From: Iphione sp. A-MEVVRFRX5
Lineage: Eukaryota
Assembly: GCA_976226885.1 (NCBI GenBank)
Contig: OZ320316.1
Coordinates: forward strand, 80,290,001-80,354,000
Reading direction: 5' to 3'
DNA: 64,000 nucleotides
Of this stretch, positions 50,735 through 63,727 are shown one piece after another; position 1 is the first letter of the stretch; every line of letters starts with the position of its first letter. The position numbers and the translations under genes were made by a program. The notes under the pieces are model-generated. The model worked only from the letters and a program-made list of their open reading frames with translations, had not been told where the DNA came from and ran no database searches.

Positions 50735-51362
50735 CATGGTGTGCAGCGTGTGACAGGCACTGCAAAGTACAAGTCACTCACCCCCTCTCGCCAGGGTTAC
50801 AGTGGGCTGGGATACCCACCGGTGTGCTGCACACTTGCTCAACCGACCTAAGTCGGCATAGGGATCGAAGTCCCAAGAGGTAGACGCGTCACTCACAGTC
50901 GGACGTTGACGGGAGGATGTCAGGCAAGATCTAACTTTCCACTGCCCACCACAAACGGGATGTCCTCAGGGCCCCCCCCCCTCCCCCCCCCCTCCCCCCC
51001 CCCCCCGCGAACTATATTTAACGTCGGGCTGGGGGAAAATGACAGCAGGCAATCTCGGAAGTGGCTCAGGCGTCCATGACGATGATTGACAGGTGCCAGT
51101 GAGTATAGGGTGAGTGGGTGCTCAACCAAGCGTAAAGTGCTGCAAGTGCACGGTATGCCCGGGCGGATACGGGTTGAATCTGTGCACTGACGCCCCCACC
51201 GATAGGGTTACAGTGGCTCAGTGACCACCAGCGCGCAAACACTTCATGGTGCAGCCAGGCGTGACGGGTCACTGGGGTCCAACGCCCAGGGCCACACCAC
51301 TCACCTCTTATGGCAACAGGGTTACAGTGGTTTGCTAAGGCCACCGGTGATCTGGTCTGCAC
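50735..51362. repeat. Degenerate GC-rich repeat with three identical AGGGTTACAGTGG cores, interrupted by a poly-C tract
   Basis: 13-mer at 50793-50805, 51204-51216 and 51318-51330. Copies 1 and 3 also share upstream CATGGTG...CACTCACC and downstream CCACCGGTG...TGCACA. C10-T-C10-T-C13 lies at 50972-51006. Confidence 0.7.
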
Positions 51363-52124
51363 AGTAACAATGTACATGTCCACAGAAATAAAGGTTCCCA
51401 CAATAATATAACTGAGGACTAGCACCAAAAGGCTTACAGGCTGGTCATACCAACGGCCCTGCTTGTACGTGTCACACTATAGAAGAGTCCTGCTCACCCT
51501 CTCTGCTGGCACCTACCTCTCAAAGCACGTCCGCACAGCTCCACTCCCAAGAGAGTCCTAGATATTTCATTTGGTCCCTCGCCCTTATAAATCAGTGTGA
51601 CAGGCGCCTGGTGCCATATTCATGGTATGTTAAGGCCGAGGGCCTCTAATGATGGAACTAGTTACAATGTGGCAATATGCTCAGCCAGGCTAATTTTTTC
51701 AGTTATAGATTGATAAGAACCGAAATATCTGAATGGATGGTCACACATAGAATGTAACAGGGTAGCATTTGTAAGGTTCTTGGTTTTCGGACAGGGGAAC
51801 CAAGAAAGCTCGAACATTTTTCTCTCTATGATCAGTCAAATAAGTTTACATTGAGCATGATATAAATCTGGATAACTGACACTCAACCACTTATTTTCAC
51901 TGTGCTGAAAAAATTGCTCACTCTTTATCATTGCGAAGAATGTCGTGCAAGATACATAAATTAGTTACGGGTGTCGGTCACCTGAGATCCAAACCAGGCA
52001 CCATTGAAGCTGGTTTTCATGCAACCATATTATCTAAATTTTGTAATACATCTGATATTTTGATTGCACACGAACATCCTATATAACTGAAAAGTGCTAA
52101 AACAGTTTTATTGTGGTCCATTTA

Positions 52125-52444
52125 GACCCCCCCCAAAGAAAAAATGGGGGGGGGGTGTTTCTTCTGGTAACTACCAGCCAAAAGCCAAGTAGGAGGGGGT
52201 ATCTTTTTTTACAAATCTTTTCCACTTTCTTCCTCTAGTTTTCAATAATGAAAATATGAAGAATTTTGACTAATCTGCATGAGTTTTACAGTTCTTTGCT
52301 GAATTTCCATGGATTTGTGTTGTGTAAATATGTATCTAAGGAAATTCAGCCTTGGTAACTCTTTGGGCCAAAATTCTTTTAAGATAGGGTGAGGTTTTAC
52401 TAGGTAGGGGTGGGTGACCAGAAACACACCTATTTATTTTGGCA
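52125..52444 (-). mobile_element. PIF/Harbinger-type MITE, copy 3
   Basis: Reverse-oriented match to copy 1; ends CCAGAAACACACCTATTTATTTTGGCA; TTA on both flanks. The left TIR is distorted by C and G runs. Confidence 0.8.
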
Positions 52445-55400
52445 TTATGGTTAACTCATTGTATAATCATTGTGAGGAGTCATACTACGAGGGATATACA
52501 TGCATATTCCAAACAGCCTCTTAAATCTAGTAGTCTCAATGAGCTCAATATGCAACATCTTAGGAGCGCTTTTCCCAGTCATATTCTGTCCAAATTTTTA
52601 TGATTTATGCTTGGTGCATAATTGGGCTGTGACGGGTGGACTTGATAAAGAATGCTGAGCAGCAAATACATGGATTTGCACTCACAGATTGTCTTTAATG
52701 TTTAATGGCTGGAGGACAATACGTTTTAAGTAACTTGAATGTGTTAGGTGTAATCACATCTACTGGGCATGGTTTGCATATAAAGGAACATTCTATTTAC
52801 TTTTATCATTTAATAGCCCCACCTGAACATCTCCTTATGTATGTTGCCATCATTTATCTACAGAAGAAGTCATTATAAAGACACAAGCACACCACCAATC
52901 AGCAGGTCATGGTCAGCTTGTCCTCAGCAAAACAGACTGTACGACATGAATACGTACCGTATCTGATATTCAGAGTGATTAGGTTTGTCATTCCTGAGGA
53001 AGAAGCTCCGATAAGGACGTTTAGGGTAGAATTAACTTTAAAACCGTACAGTCTACCTCCTACTGTTGCATGACGATCTAATAATTTTCTCTTGTAGAAA
53101 TCAAAAGAAACTGGACACACATCCCCTTTCGACCCAGTTGCTATGTCTTAATGAGGTTTGAATGAGGGTTACCTCTCGAGCTTTAACAAGCCCGCCATCA
53201 TTTGACGTTTCACTGCCATGTATGCGTGTGTGTGATAGTTCTGGACCTCACTAGTGAATTGTGACGTCATATTTCAACTGCAATTGCCCTTTCTAGTCTG
53301 ACTAGTCGTTGGTTGTATATATATATTATATATATATCTTGAAATAAAATATTTTATGTAGCGTCTGTTGCAATAATTTAGTACAGAGAAACATAAGAGT
53401 AAATTATAGGGAACGATGTTAGTTTTCGGGCATACATTATGAAACATATAAAGCGACGTGGATACTGTATACATGCACAGCTGTATCTATGTAAGATAAA
53501 TAATGCCCATGTCATCATATGTCAATTGCAAACATACCCACCTTTGTCTCTGACGATGAAATATTTCTTACAGTCCTACTATATCAAGATATTTCACGCT
53601 AACCAGGCCTATTCTGGCAAATGTACATTGTAGGATTCCGTTTTTATGGTTATATCAGGACTCACTGTGCGCAGTGTGATCCATACTGGGCTTGGCATTA
53701 AATCCTCATTACCTTAATTTGCTATTGATTATTAGTCAATACAACAGTAGTACATGAACAACAATGGGAACCTCTCGATTAGCAATAATATAATAAATAT
53801 GAACGTGATGTATGGCTTATTAACTATTCTCAAAGTTGCCACTGTAGCCTAGACAAAAATTTGATTCCCATATTTTAATATGGAAACCAGTTCAATTTTG
53901 AACCAAACATACAGCAGTGGTCCTTGACATTCCGGCATGGCTGTGGATCTACTATCCGTTATCAATGCTATTTCACCTGTTTGAATGTAGGACACAGATG
54001 GCAGACCCATAGATAAGGATAATAATTAAGGAAACATAGTACTAGTGAGTTGAAATTCTGCCATCAATTCTGTCTGCAGTGACCCATAGCGCTGGAGGCC
54101 TACTCGATCATAACGGTCTCAGGACATTTACAGTGAAGGGGTTCTGATCATCATTATCATATACATTTAGAGTAGTATCTTCCCATAGTCCCGATGTTAG
54201 ACGACTGCACTGAACGCACGACTCGTTATAATACATTCGTTGTATAACACAGGTACAGGTACGCATTAACAGACAGATATGTAAGTTTATACGTGTTTTA
54301 CTGAAGTGGTACCTCATGGCATCAGTTGTCTGTGCAAAGCGTTTTGATAGATTGGAGATTCTTTTGTTGTAGTGCAAGATCCATTTCTCAAGATTTGTAG
54401 TTATTAAAGTATAAAAGAACCTACCTAACACACAGAATTTATACTATCAAGAGGTAGATACCATAGAAATAGACTTTTGGATGAACCAACAGTCGCCCTC
54501 TACAGGAAAGAATAGGAACCGAGTTTATAGCGTTGTGGGAGACACCTATTGGACTTGGACGGGAAAATGTGCAGCTGGGCTGATTTTAGTTTAAACAGTT
54601 TTCGGAATCGGTGTGGTGCTGGGTGTAAAAATATATTATCACTTGGCAAGCAGTTGCTAAGATGACCACACAATGTTGTTTCTTGATTTTTTACATTTCC
54701 TTTTTTTTATTTTCATCTTGAGTTATTTTTCACAAATGTAACCATTTCTGAGGAAAGCTACTACCGCCGCCAGCGGGACGGTCTGCAAGTCTCTGCCGTA
54801 GGATGCTACTTATTTGGATCATTGCAACGTTGTGTCTGGGACACAGTTCTTAACCTAGCGACGTGCTTTATTTTCTGCAGAGCTGGGCACCCAAGTAAAA
54901 GTTGTCGCATTTCTTTATTTCCTTGTCGCAAATTACTATTTATTTCAACACTGAATATAGATGAGGAGCCAAAGAAAGTTGTCGCATTTTTGAATCCCTG
55001 TGTCGCTCGTTTTTTGCGAAATGCGACAGGTTGCCTAGCCCTGTTCTGTTAGCAGCATAAAGGAAATATATCGACAATCATTCAAAGTAAATGTATTTTT
55101 GGATCAAATAATTCCTAATATACACAGGCCCGTGCAGGAAGTTTTGTCGGTGCTATCGAACAATACCCCCAATACCTCACAGCTGGACCTCCTCGTGACC
55201 ATCTCAATGCAGGTCTGTATGTAGGAATAGTCGGGGGCGAGGGGTGAGGGGGTATCAGACGATACCCGCGATACCGCCTTGGTTATGGGCCTGATACAAT
55301 GGCTCAAATTGGAGTATTATATCACTGAAAAGGCATAGGAAGCAAACAGCTCGTCTGTACCAGATGCACCTGTTAGGGACGCATCTGGATGGGAGGCGTT

Positions 55401-57385
55401 ATCTCCCTTTTGGTTGGGAAGAGTTATCTCCCCCCAAACGATCGGTGAATTAGACCACTTACTTACTCAACGGAGTGCAGTGAAACCTTGAATTGCGACA
55501 ACTCTCCAATCAGGATTACTCATTATGGACAGTGATGATACTGAATGGACCTTTATATATCACCTTTATATTCTTCCGCTACTCATAAATCGCCATAATG
55601 GTGGGCAATTCTCGCATAGTGCCTTTGCTGTCTGGTTTAGGGCTTTTTTCTTATTCTATGTGAGGTATACGCTGCTGCAGCCAGCCAAAGGCTGAAAGAA
55701 CAAATAAGAGGAAAAAAACGACATAGGATGGTAGGAAAGGGAGACCAACCAACCAACTAACCTTTTTGCCCCTATTGTTGGCTCCCAGGAGGAATGCCTA
55801 CATTTTAGGGTTTTAAGTGAACCCCAAACCTCTCTGCGTCTATATTTCTGCCGTCTATCACCCTGTCTCTTACCCCCACGTCCCCCTCTTGACATAAGTG
55901 ACAATATATCACATCTCTACATGTTACACCTGTAAATTGCACCTGTATGCGATTATGGTGTATGTGTAGCCTAATAATATTTCTGTCCTATTACTGCCTC
56001 TCTGCTGTACTGTTTTCAGGTTGCATTCTGTCCTTCGGGACTTCTTTGGTTTGTGTTTACTCTGGTCTGTCCTGATTTCAGAATTTGATATGCAGTGCAA
56101 ATTTCACATGTATCTATATAATAATACGCAAAAGGATGCATTTGTATTTATTTTAGCTCTTTCAGATGTATCCAGATGTTATGCAAACAGAAACAAAAGT
56201 GTATCTCAAAACCATCTGGTACGATTTTCCTATGCAAACGAATGCATAGTCCATAGTCCTCTAGAGTCAAAGTCATGTGGTCACCATCTGGTACTATATC
56301 ATCACACATCTCTATGGTGGATTTTTATACCTCATTAGCATAACGTTTATATGGACACATGGATACTGCCATAGGCTGGTTTTACATGTACACATTGTTC
56401 ACGCTCACGGATCCATTAACAGGAGTGCATTTCAGACAAGTCTGTGGGACATAATGATTACCAGATATGTAGGTGCAGGTAGATACCATAGAAATTTACC
56501 AGTTATGCATCCATTTGCCTGATAACACATAATGGATGAGAAACGCAACCGTGTCCGTACGTGTTGTGATTGGATACATATGAATCACTTATCAGTCCTT
56601 AGGTATGCGCTGTTACGCAGCATAAAGCAGGACACAAAACAGACTCATATAAAAGTGGACAAACTGTTCTCTTTCCTGGTGTATTCTATGCCTGGTCAAT
56701 CTTAAAGGTGATTTTCCACGAATTACCTTTACATGAATAGTAAGTCATACAAGAATACAAGAAGTAGACTACTCCCCTACCAGCAGTGTACCACATCATT
56801 CTAATCTCAATGTAAAGATATGCAGACAAAGTAGGGTACAGTAGAACCTCACTACTAGGGACATCCAACCCAAGTGATCTCCTAGACGTATGATACTTTT
56901 GGCTAGAACCATATCATATGACCTTGTTACAAAGAACCGTTTTAATAATTTTCATTTTTCCATGACTTTTTCATTTTCTTGTCTTGTTTCTTGTCTTAAT
57001 TATTCCACATCTTAATTAAAATGTTATATATCTATGTGATATTTGTTAAAGTTATCTGAGTATAAAATAATTAAGTGGCAAAGGAGTCAAGGTGCCAAAT
57101 GGTCATTTTGTCAATGTCATGGTGCAAAATTAAATAGTTTAGAATACCTCACAATTAGAGAGGGTATGCAATGATCAAGGTATAAAATGGCCATGGAGCC
57201 AAACTTCTGAGGTGTGAAATAGGAAGAGAACCATACATATGACTAAGTATAAAGCTGCCTAAGTTCAATATAACCTTAATTATAGTGTTGCGACCAGATC
57301 TCTACATACTGATGTCCACTGCAGAAGGTTAAGTTTAAGATGTTTATTCAAGGAAGTCCAAACCTCATCTGACGGTGGGCTCTGC

Positions 57386-57402
57386 GGGGGGGGGGGGGGG
57401 GG
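57386..57402. repeat. Poly-G tract (G17)
   Basis: Seen directly. Confidence 0.9.
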
Positions 57403-59037
57403 TGCTCTATTTATACACAAATGTTGCATGCAGAGCCAACTAACTAGAACCACTCACAAGGAGCAACTTAGAACAGCTCATGTGGAGCAATAATGGTGTG
57501 GTCCCAACTTTATGTACAGCATGTGCGGAGCGAGTCAGCGCTGCTCCGCTACAATAGGTTCAATATACCTAAGTATGTCTTGAAGTAAAATCATCTTTCT
57601 ACAAGTATAGTTATTTCACATAAAATTAAGAGTGGTCAAATTAGTCTGGTAGATAAGGTGATGGAATCAGAACTGAAGGCAGATGTGTGGATTCAAATTC
57701 CCAAATGAGCTAATTTTCTACTTTTTCATTTTTCATTGTGAGATGGGTATAGGTTGGTGAAAAGTGATGTAAAAATGTAGGTTGCTGGGAATCTACAAAA
57801 TTTTGTTGCCATAACATAACTTACCAACATTGCAACAACAAAACTGCTACATTACAACAATGTTGCTAGGATGAAATTTTGTTACCTGGGCTAGTATCAG
57901 TGCTATCAGAGCCAGGGTGTTCAAATGGATAGTAAAACAGTTTGCAAGTTGGAACATTTGATAAATGAGAGCAGTAACACAAAGAGCACGATGTACTTTT
58001 CAAATTCTAATTGTACCATGCCAAGCAACCTTTCATATGCCAAACATTTAAACTTCATGAGTTCCAATCAGATGAAGAGCCCCACCTACAACTTGGAGAA
58101 TAAGTAACAGTCTCGTGAGCAGAAAGTATTGTAGGCTGGCTAGAACTGTATACTGTACAGCAGAGAAAGATTACATAGAATGGTAGACAGTACCACAAAG
58201 CAGCTGAGTGCTTAACACTATCAATATTGATGTCTTTAGCCACCCACCATGATAGAAAAGAAGTGTACTCAGGGATAAAAATTGTAACAAGTCTTAGTAT
58301 TCTCTTGACCGCAGTGTCCTTTCTATTGATTTTAGGGATGCATTGCTGTAAAAGGAAAATGATTTCTTACGTAGATAACAATCTTTCAATAACCCATCAA
58401 TGGAAAGGGGTATTTAAGTCAACAAATATGAGGAAAATGATATACATGTATTTGGTTATTGTTAGTTAATCAGAAAACATATATTTAACATATGATTAAC
58501 AAAACGTAAAAAACTAAGGAAAATCATCAGAATTGAACATTTTTCAGAATGTGCTGTTAAGCAGCTATTTTTACATGGATTTCAGTTTTGGAAAAAAACG
58601 TATCTACTTTTAATTCAATGAGATCTTTATGAAAATGTTCTTATTCTCTCGTTATAGTAAATTCAGATATTTATATAGATCAATCCTTAGTATATCGTAA
58701 CACGTGACGCACATTAGCTTATTTAGAATTAAGTGAAACAGAAAACTTAAAGTTTCCATAGTATTAGGCTAGAGCGTTTGAGGCTTTTTGCCCCAATATT
58801 GTGGTCATCCCCTTCTAAGAATCATGCATACTGGTTATTATATCACTGCTTCGGTACTTATTCTGTCCCCGGAATAATAATTACTGGAATAATATCTACA
58901 ATATATAGAAACGAAAGATAACCGAAGCTGCATAATTATTATCTTCAAACTCTAATCAAATGGTCATCTTGCCGTATAGTTTGATGAAGTACTACATTCA
59001 GAACGAGGTTGTCTTCAATAGAATTGACTCGAAATTG

Positions 59038-59044
<7 letters not shown>

Positions 59045-59083
<39 letters not shown>

Positions 59084-59465
59084 TTCTCCTTCTCTAACAA
59101 TTACTCTCTATCTCTATCCTTGTCTCTTTATCTCTATCTCTACCTGTCTCTATATTTATTTTGATAACTGTCTCTATCTCTATATATCTATCTCTATCTC
59201 ACTTTATACGTATTTCTCTTTATCTATATATCTCTCAATGCCTCTCTTTTGTCTCTCTCTATCCGTATCTCTAACAACCTCTTTCTCTATCTCTAGTTCT
59301 CTATCTCTGTCAATCTCTATGTCACTCTGCCTCATCCTCTACCAGTCACTCTTTATCTTTATATCCCTAAAACTGTATCCATCTCTATTGCTAATAATCT
59401 AATGTCTCTGTATCCCTCTATCTCTCTCTGTCTATCTCTATTTCTTTGTCTGTCTGTCTATCTAT
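59045..59465. repeat. (CT)n microsatellite followed by a degenerate CT/CTAT low-complexity tract
   Basis: Perfect CT run at 59045-59080, then about 380 bp of degenerate TCTCTA/TCTA units. Confidence 0.9.
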
Positions 59466-59880
59466 TCATCAATGTCACTGCAACTTTACTATATTTACTG
59501 ATTTCACCACACTGTAACTACATCTTCACCACTTTCATCACACTGCATTGCAACTGGCATGTCTGCCCTGAAAGTGGCAAGTCACACTACACTTTCACAG
59601 AATCAACCAATGAAAAACATTCTTGCAAATGATGTACACTGTAACCAAAGTGATGGCCAGCTTGGCAGAAAGGCAAAACAAACACTCTCCGAGTGAAAAA
59701 GGTAAAACTTGGACAGCCTAAATTGTAATCATTTAACATATACTACTATCCACCACCTCCTGGATGACAGCCTTACCCTATACCAGGCAGCAAAAAACAC
59801 CCAGGGAGGTTTTGGCATTTTGTTGCAACCCTATATCAGGCAAGGAACTTTGTGAAACTACCAATACACATCTCGCATAA

Positions 59881-60200
59881 GGCCTAATTTAAAAAAAGTT
59901 CGATGTTTCTGGTAACCCAAACGACCCTACATTAGAGCTAGTTGTAAGTTATTATTTTTTTTCTTGTTTTTTGAATAACTTTAGAATGAATAAAGATACA
60001 TGTAGAGACATGTTCTATACCCTGAATTGTTCTTTAGGTTACTACCTTTCATTTGACATTAAAATCTAACCAGTATACATAACATTACCATACGCATCTT
60101 CTGCATTAAGAATCCTTAAACATTGAAAAATAGAAAAATGACCTCCACTGACCCCCTATTTTTTCAACTTGTTACCAAAAACATAAAACCTTTTTAGGCC
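59881..60200 (+). mobile_element. PIF/Harbinger-type MITE, related subfamily (same TIR type, different interior)
   Basis: GGCCTAA...GTTTCTGGTAACCC at the left and GTTACCAAAAACA...TTAGGCC at the right, with TAA on both flanks. The interior does not align with copies 1-3. Confidence 0.7.
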
Positions 60201-62278
60201 TAAAGGAGAAAGCAGAAATAAATCTGTAATTCCTGATTGAACACAGTTATGGTCCATTATGTTTTATCTATGCCCTAAAATGTGTTTGATTTAATATCAG
60301 TGTATGCTTAAGGCAAAATTGCAATCAGCAACTTTCAATTTACATCCTCAATTAATTTTGATATGTTCAGTATTTATCATACAAACGATCTGGATGATAA
60401 ACCCGGTTAATTTTGTCTTCAAGATTAAGATTACACTTATATGACGCTATTTAGTTACTGTTGCATTTAAATGATTTGACAATTTATTTGAAATTTGGAA
60501 GTACAAACCGTTTCTTCTCTTTCGGCCATCTAGCTTGTCTTTAGTCTCTGTCAGCTGCATTTATTGCAATCCCTGCATACCCACCTCTGCCCACTTGTGG
60601 ACTCGCTCTCATACCAGTGAGGGAGCACATCAAGAATATCAAGTGTTGGGACCCTTTCCGTCTATTGAAGGAAAAATTTAGATATTCCTGGCAAATTCTC
60701 CTTGGGATTAAAGTTGAGATATTTGATACCAAAGCCAGTTCACAGAGTGTTGGATATCGGACTCGATATACATGTATACTGCATTTCTTATATAGAATAC
60801 GATTGATGACTACATTTCACATGAGAACATTGCAAAGATTAGGGATTGGTTATAAATTGCCGTTTTGTTAATCCTAGAAATTGAATACATATACTTCAAG
60901 TGGCTTTTTTTTATTTTTTTAACTATGAAACTCTCTGCACATGGCGGTTTAGAATCAGTTCCTTCAGGGGCCATAATACGTGACATTTATCAGAGTTCAT
61001 CCTCTTCGACTTCTAATTGAGGACCTATTCCCAGATAATTAATTAATGACACGAATTTTCCATTGGTTCTAATTTGGTCCGGATTGAATTCCTGAACTTG
61101 CACGCGATGGCGTTACAACCTTGCCGTTTTTTCAGTCTGGTATAGGTGATTTGTGAAGAAATGTCTCTAACTGGTGATGTAAATTTAGGCTAATCATAAG
61201 ATGTTCATGGCTTTCCTAGAAACTAATCTGATTGTCATATCTCCAATTCATACAAGAAAATAGCTGATACTTGTTAATTTGGTAGAAACAAGTGTAAGAA
61301 TTTCGATACCAGGTTTACCTGATCGCTTTAAGAAGTTAGCGCGACTCTTGCACCACTCAAATATGCCGGCTAGAGAATGAAGTTATATTAGTTTAAAGTA
61401 TACATGGGAAACAGGCTACGAGTGACCACAGCAACATGTAGCGTGATCAATGTAAGCTGGCTGTTGTCTTGCAATTGCTGCTGAGTTAATCTACTGGCCA
61501 GCATGGATCAATGACACCTTATTCGGGAACTTGTCCAACATTGCCATTCGCTATCCTTGAAAAGGGATTAGTTGCTCAAGTGCCAACACTTGTGGCTGAG
61601 TTCATGCTTAACATGGCCCTGGCCTCCTAATGACTTGCCATTTGTACGATGTTTCAAGGCCGTCCCACGCTGAGTAATATGATACTGTGATCTCTGTATG
61701 GCCGGCTCTGATTACATCATCGAGACTTGCTTAGTCGGCAATGAAAGGCAGCTGGCTCTGAGAGGTGATCAATGCCAACTGGTGGCGGCCCCTGGTGGGC
61801 GCCAGTGAAAGCGTCTTTTTGAGTGCAACCTGTTCCCCTGCCGCACACCAGCCCCGAAGAGGCCTCTATTATGTAGGTAGCCACAGGGCAGCCGGCCTTG
61901 GGCAAAGGTAAACAATCCTCTTGGCTACTAAGTGGTCATACTATGGCAAGGCCTACAGGGTTTGGATGGAGACTGCGCAGCCGGACACCGTGATGGGGAA
62001 CCCGTCGTAAACGTGGTCACCACAGTTTGAGCAGTGGACCACCTTGCCTTCGCGCACGTCCCTTCCAGGGTCATGTCTCCAAACAGTGAACCACAGGGCA
62101 GGCAAGCCCAGGTACCAAGGGATGGGACCCCTATACCCAAGACCGACCGTTTTCTCCCTGTCCTCGTCGAGGAAGGCTCTGTACAATCGGAGATCCCGCA
62201 GACCACTCAACACCGAGACCGGAGCAAAAAACTGAGCATGCTACAACTATCTCAATTCTATTCGGTTCTTGTTGACAG

Positions 62279-62562
62279 GGGCGTCCAGTCGGCGCCCACA
62301 AGAACACTGTTAGTGGCGCCGTCTAGAAACGTTACCGTCACTGAATGTTTGTCAGCACCGTTGTCACCAGCACCACACATCGATAACGCGACATCAGGCA
62401 GGGGCTGTGTCACATCAAGGTCTGCCGCAGTTCCTCAGGTGACCTGCACTACCATTACCAGCCACGTGAACGCTAGGGATAACACAGGAAATGAGCGCCG
62501 GCGCACCGTCAAGATCAAGGCGTTGTATCATCGACCTGTACGCAAAGGCTTTGGCAAGAAAG
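62279..62562 (+). CDS. Candidate internal exon of an unidentified + strand gene
   Basis: Acceptor-like ttcggttcttgttgacag| and donor AAG|gtaacg bracket 284 bp within the 62034-62795 ORF (GVQSAPTRTLL...ERRRTVKIKALYHRPVRKGFGKK). The other two + frames are closed. No homology recognised. Confidence 0.3.
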
Positions 62563-63632
62563 GTAACGTTTTCCCTCATTTCCGTATCAGTATCAGTAGC
62601 GCATGCGTCTATTACGGTTTCTTAGTTCAAATGCTTAGACTTCCTTTATCCTACATTCTGAACCTACTCTATAGCATGTACATTCACTGTACTCATGTTT
62701 ATGTCTATAATAGGATTTCTACTCCATATGCAATTCACGTACTAATCTTAAGACTATCGTTCGAAAACATTTTATTGGGTCAAGACTCGAGTTGATATGG
62801 GCATTCGTCGTGGGAGAGGAGGTTTCTGTTTTTCAAATCAATAGGAAGTTCTGACAGGAGGGATAGATCTCGTCTCTTTTGCTACTTCCCTCTTCCTCCG
62901 ACTAATCTATACTGTACCCCGCTCTCTTATTCCTGAGCTCCTGTTCTCTGTCTCCCTTCAGTCTTTTTCGGCCTCTGTTAGTGACTTCTGAGATCGAATG
63001 CCCGTACATCGTTAGGGTGTAGATGGGCGCAGTGCCTCTCTCTCTGTCTCTCTGTTTCTGCCTTTCTTTGTCTCTCTGTCTCTCTTTTCACTGCATAGGT
63101 TTCTTCAAATCTGGGAATTACTGTTTCCCTGATCAATGCTTTGCTATTATTAAACATCGCGAATACACTAATACACTGTATTTGGAAAGATTGCAAAGGT
63201 CAGAATGAAGAGAGGAAGACATGTGAACGCCTTTGTTATACTTGAAGAATATATAACTTCATTGGTTGAGTTTTGCTGCACAGGTTATTTCGCTAGGCAC
63301 TATGGTATAAGATTAATTGATACAGAAAGAATAGCCTTTAGATAGAAGTATACTATTAAAATTCAATCAATATTAAATCAGTTGACCTTCACTCTGAAAG
63401 CAAGTGCACTGGCATTGAATGACTGTTGACATTTTGGAAAGGTTACATATTATTAATGTGTAATTGTGTTAACATATATATAATATAAATACAGTAGACT
63501 CACAAGTTAGTGTCAGACCAGAAAAGCAGCTGGCCGGAAATTCTGTGGAATCAAATTTTTCCTTCTAACATCTAATATTGAGGGATATCAGGATTGCAGT
63601 CGGATCACAAAACCAGCCACCTCACACTGTAG

Positions 63633-63727
63633 TTGCTTAGTTTTGGGAATGAAAACAACATATCGAATCAACGATACGGCCAGTTATAGAGTTTAGATCC
63701 CTAAATCACTGAACCAAAACTAAGCAA
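63633..63727. repeat. Perfect 14-bp inverted repeat with a 67-bp spacer
   Basis: TTGCTTAGTTTTGG (63633-63646) and CCAAAACTAAGCAA (63714-63727). Confidence 0.75.

Noticed and set aside
57635-57710. Possible tRNA/SINE head (GGATTCAAATTCCC B-box-like)
   Set aside because: No clear A-box or cloverleaf; too degenerate.
58240-58375. TM-like peptide IVTSLSILLTAVSFLLILGMHCCKRK after a possible acceptor
   Set aside because: Weak donor, AT-rich sequence and no neighbouring exons identified.
40900-62100. Apparent WRHD-x-G...VV similarity between minus-strand regions near 40950 and 62070
   Set aside because: About 50 bp of weak similarity that does not extend; cannot be separated from chance.
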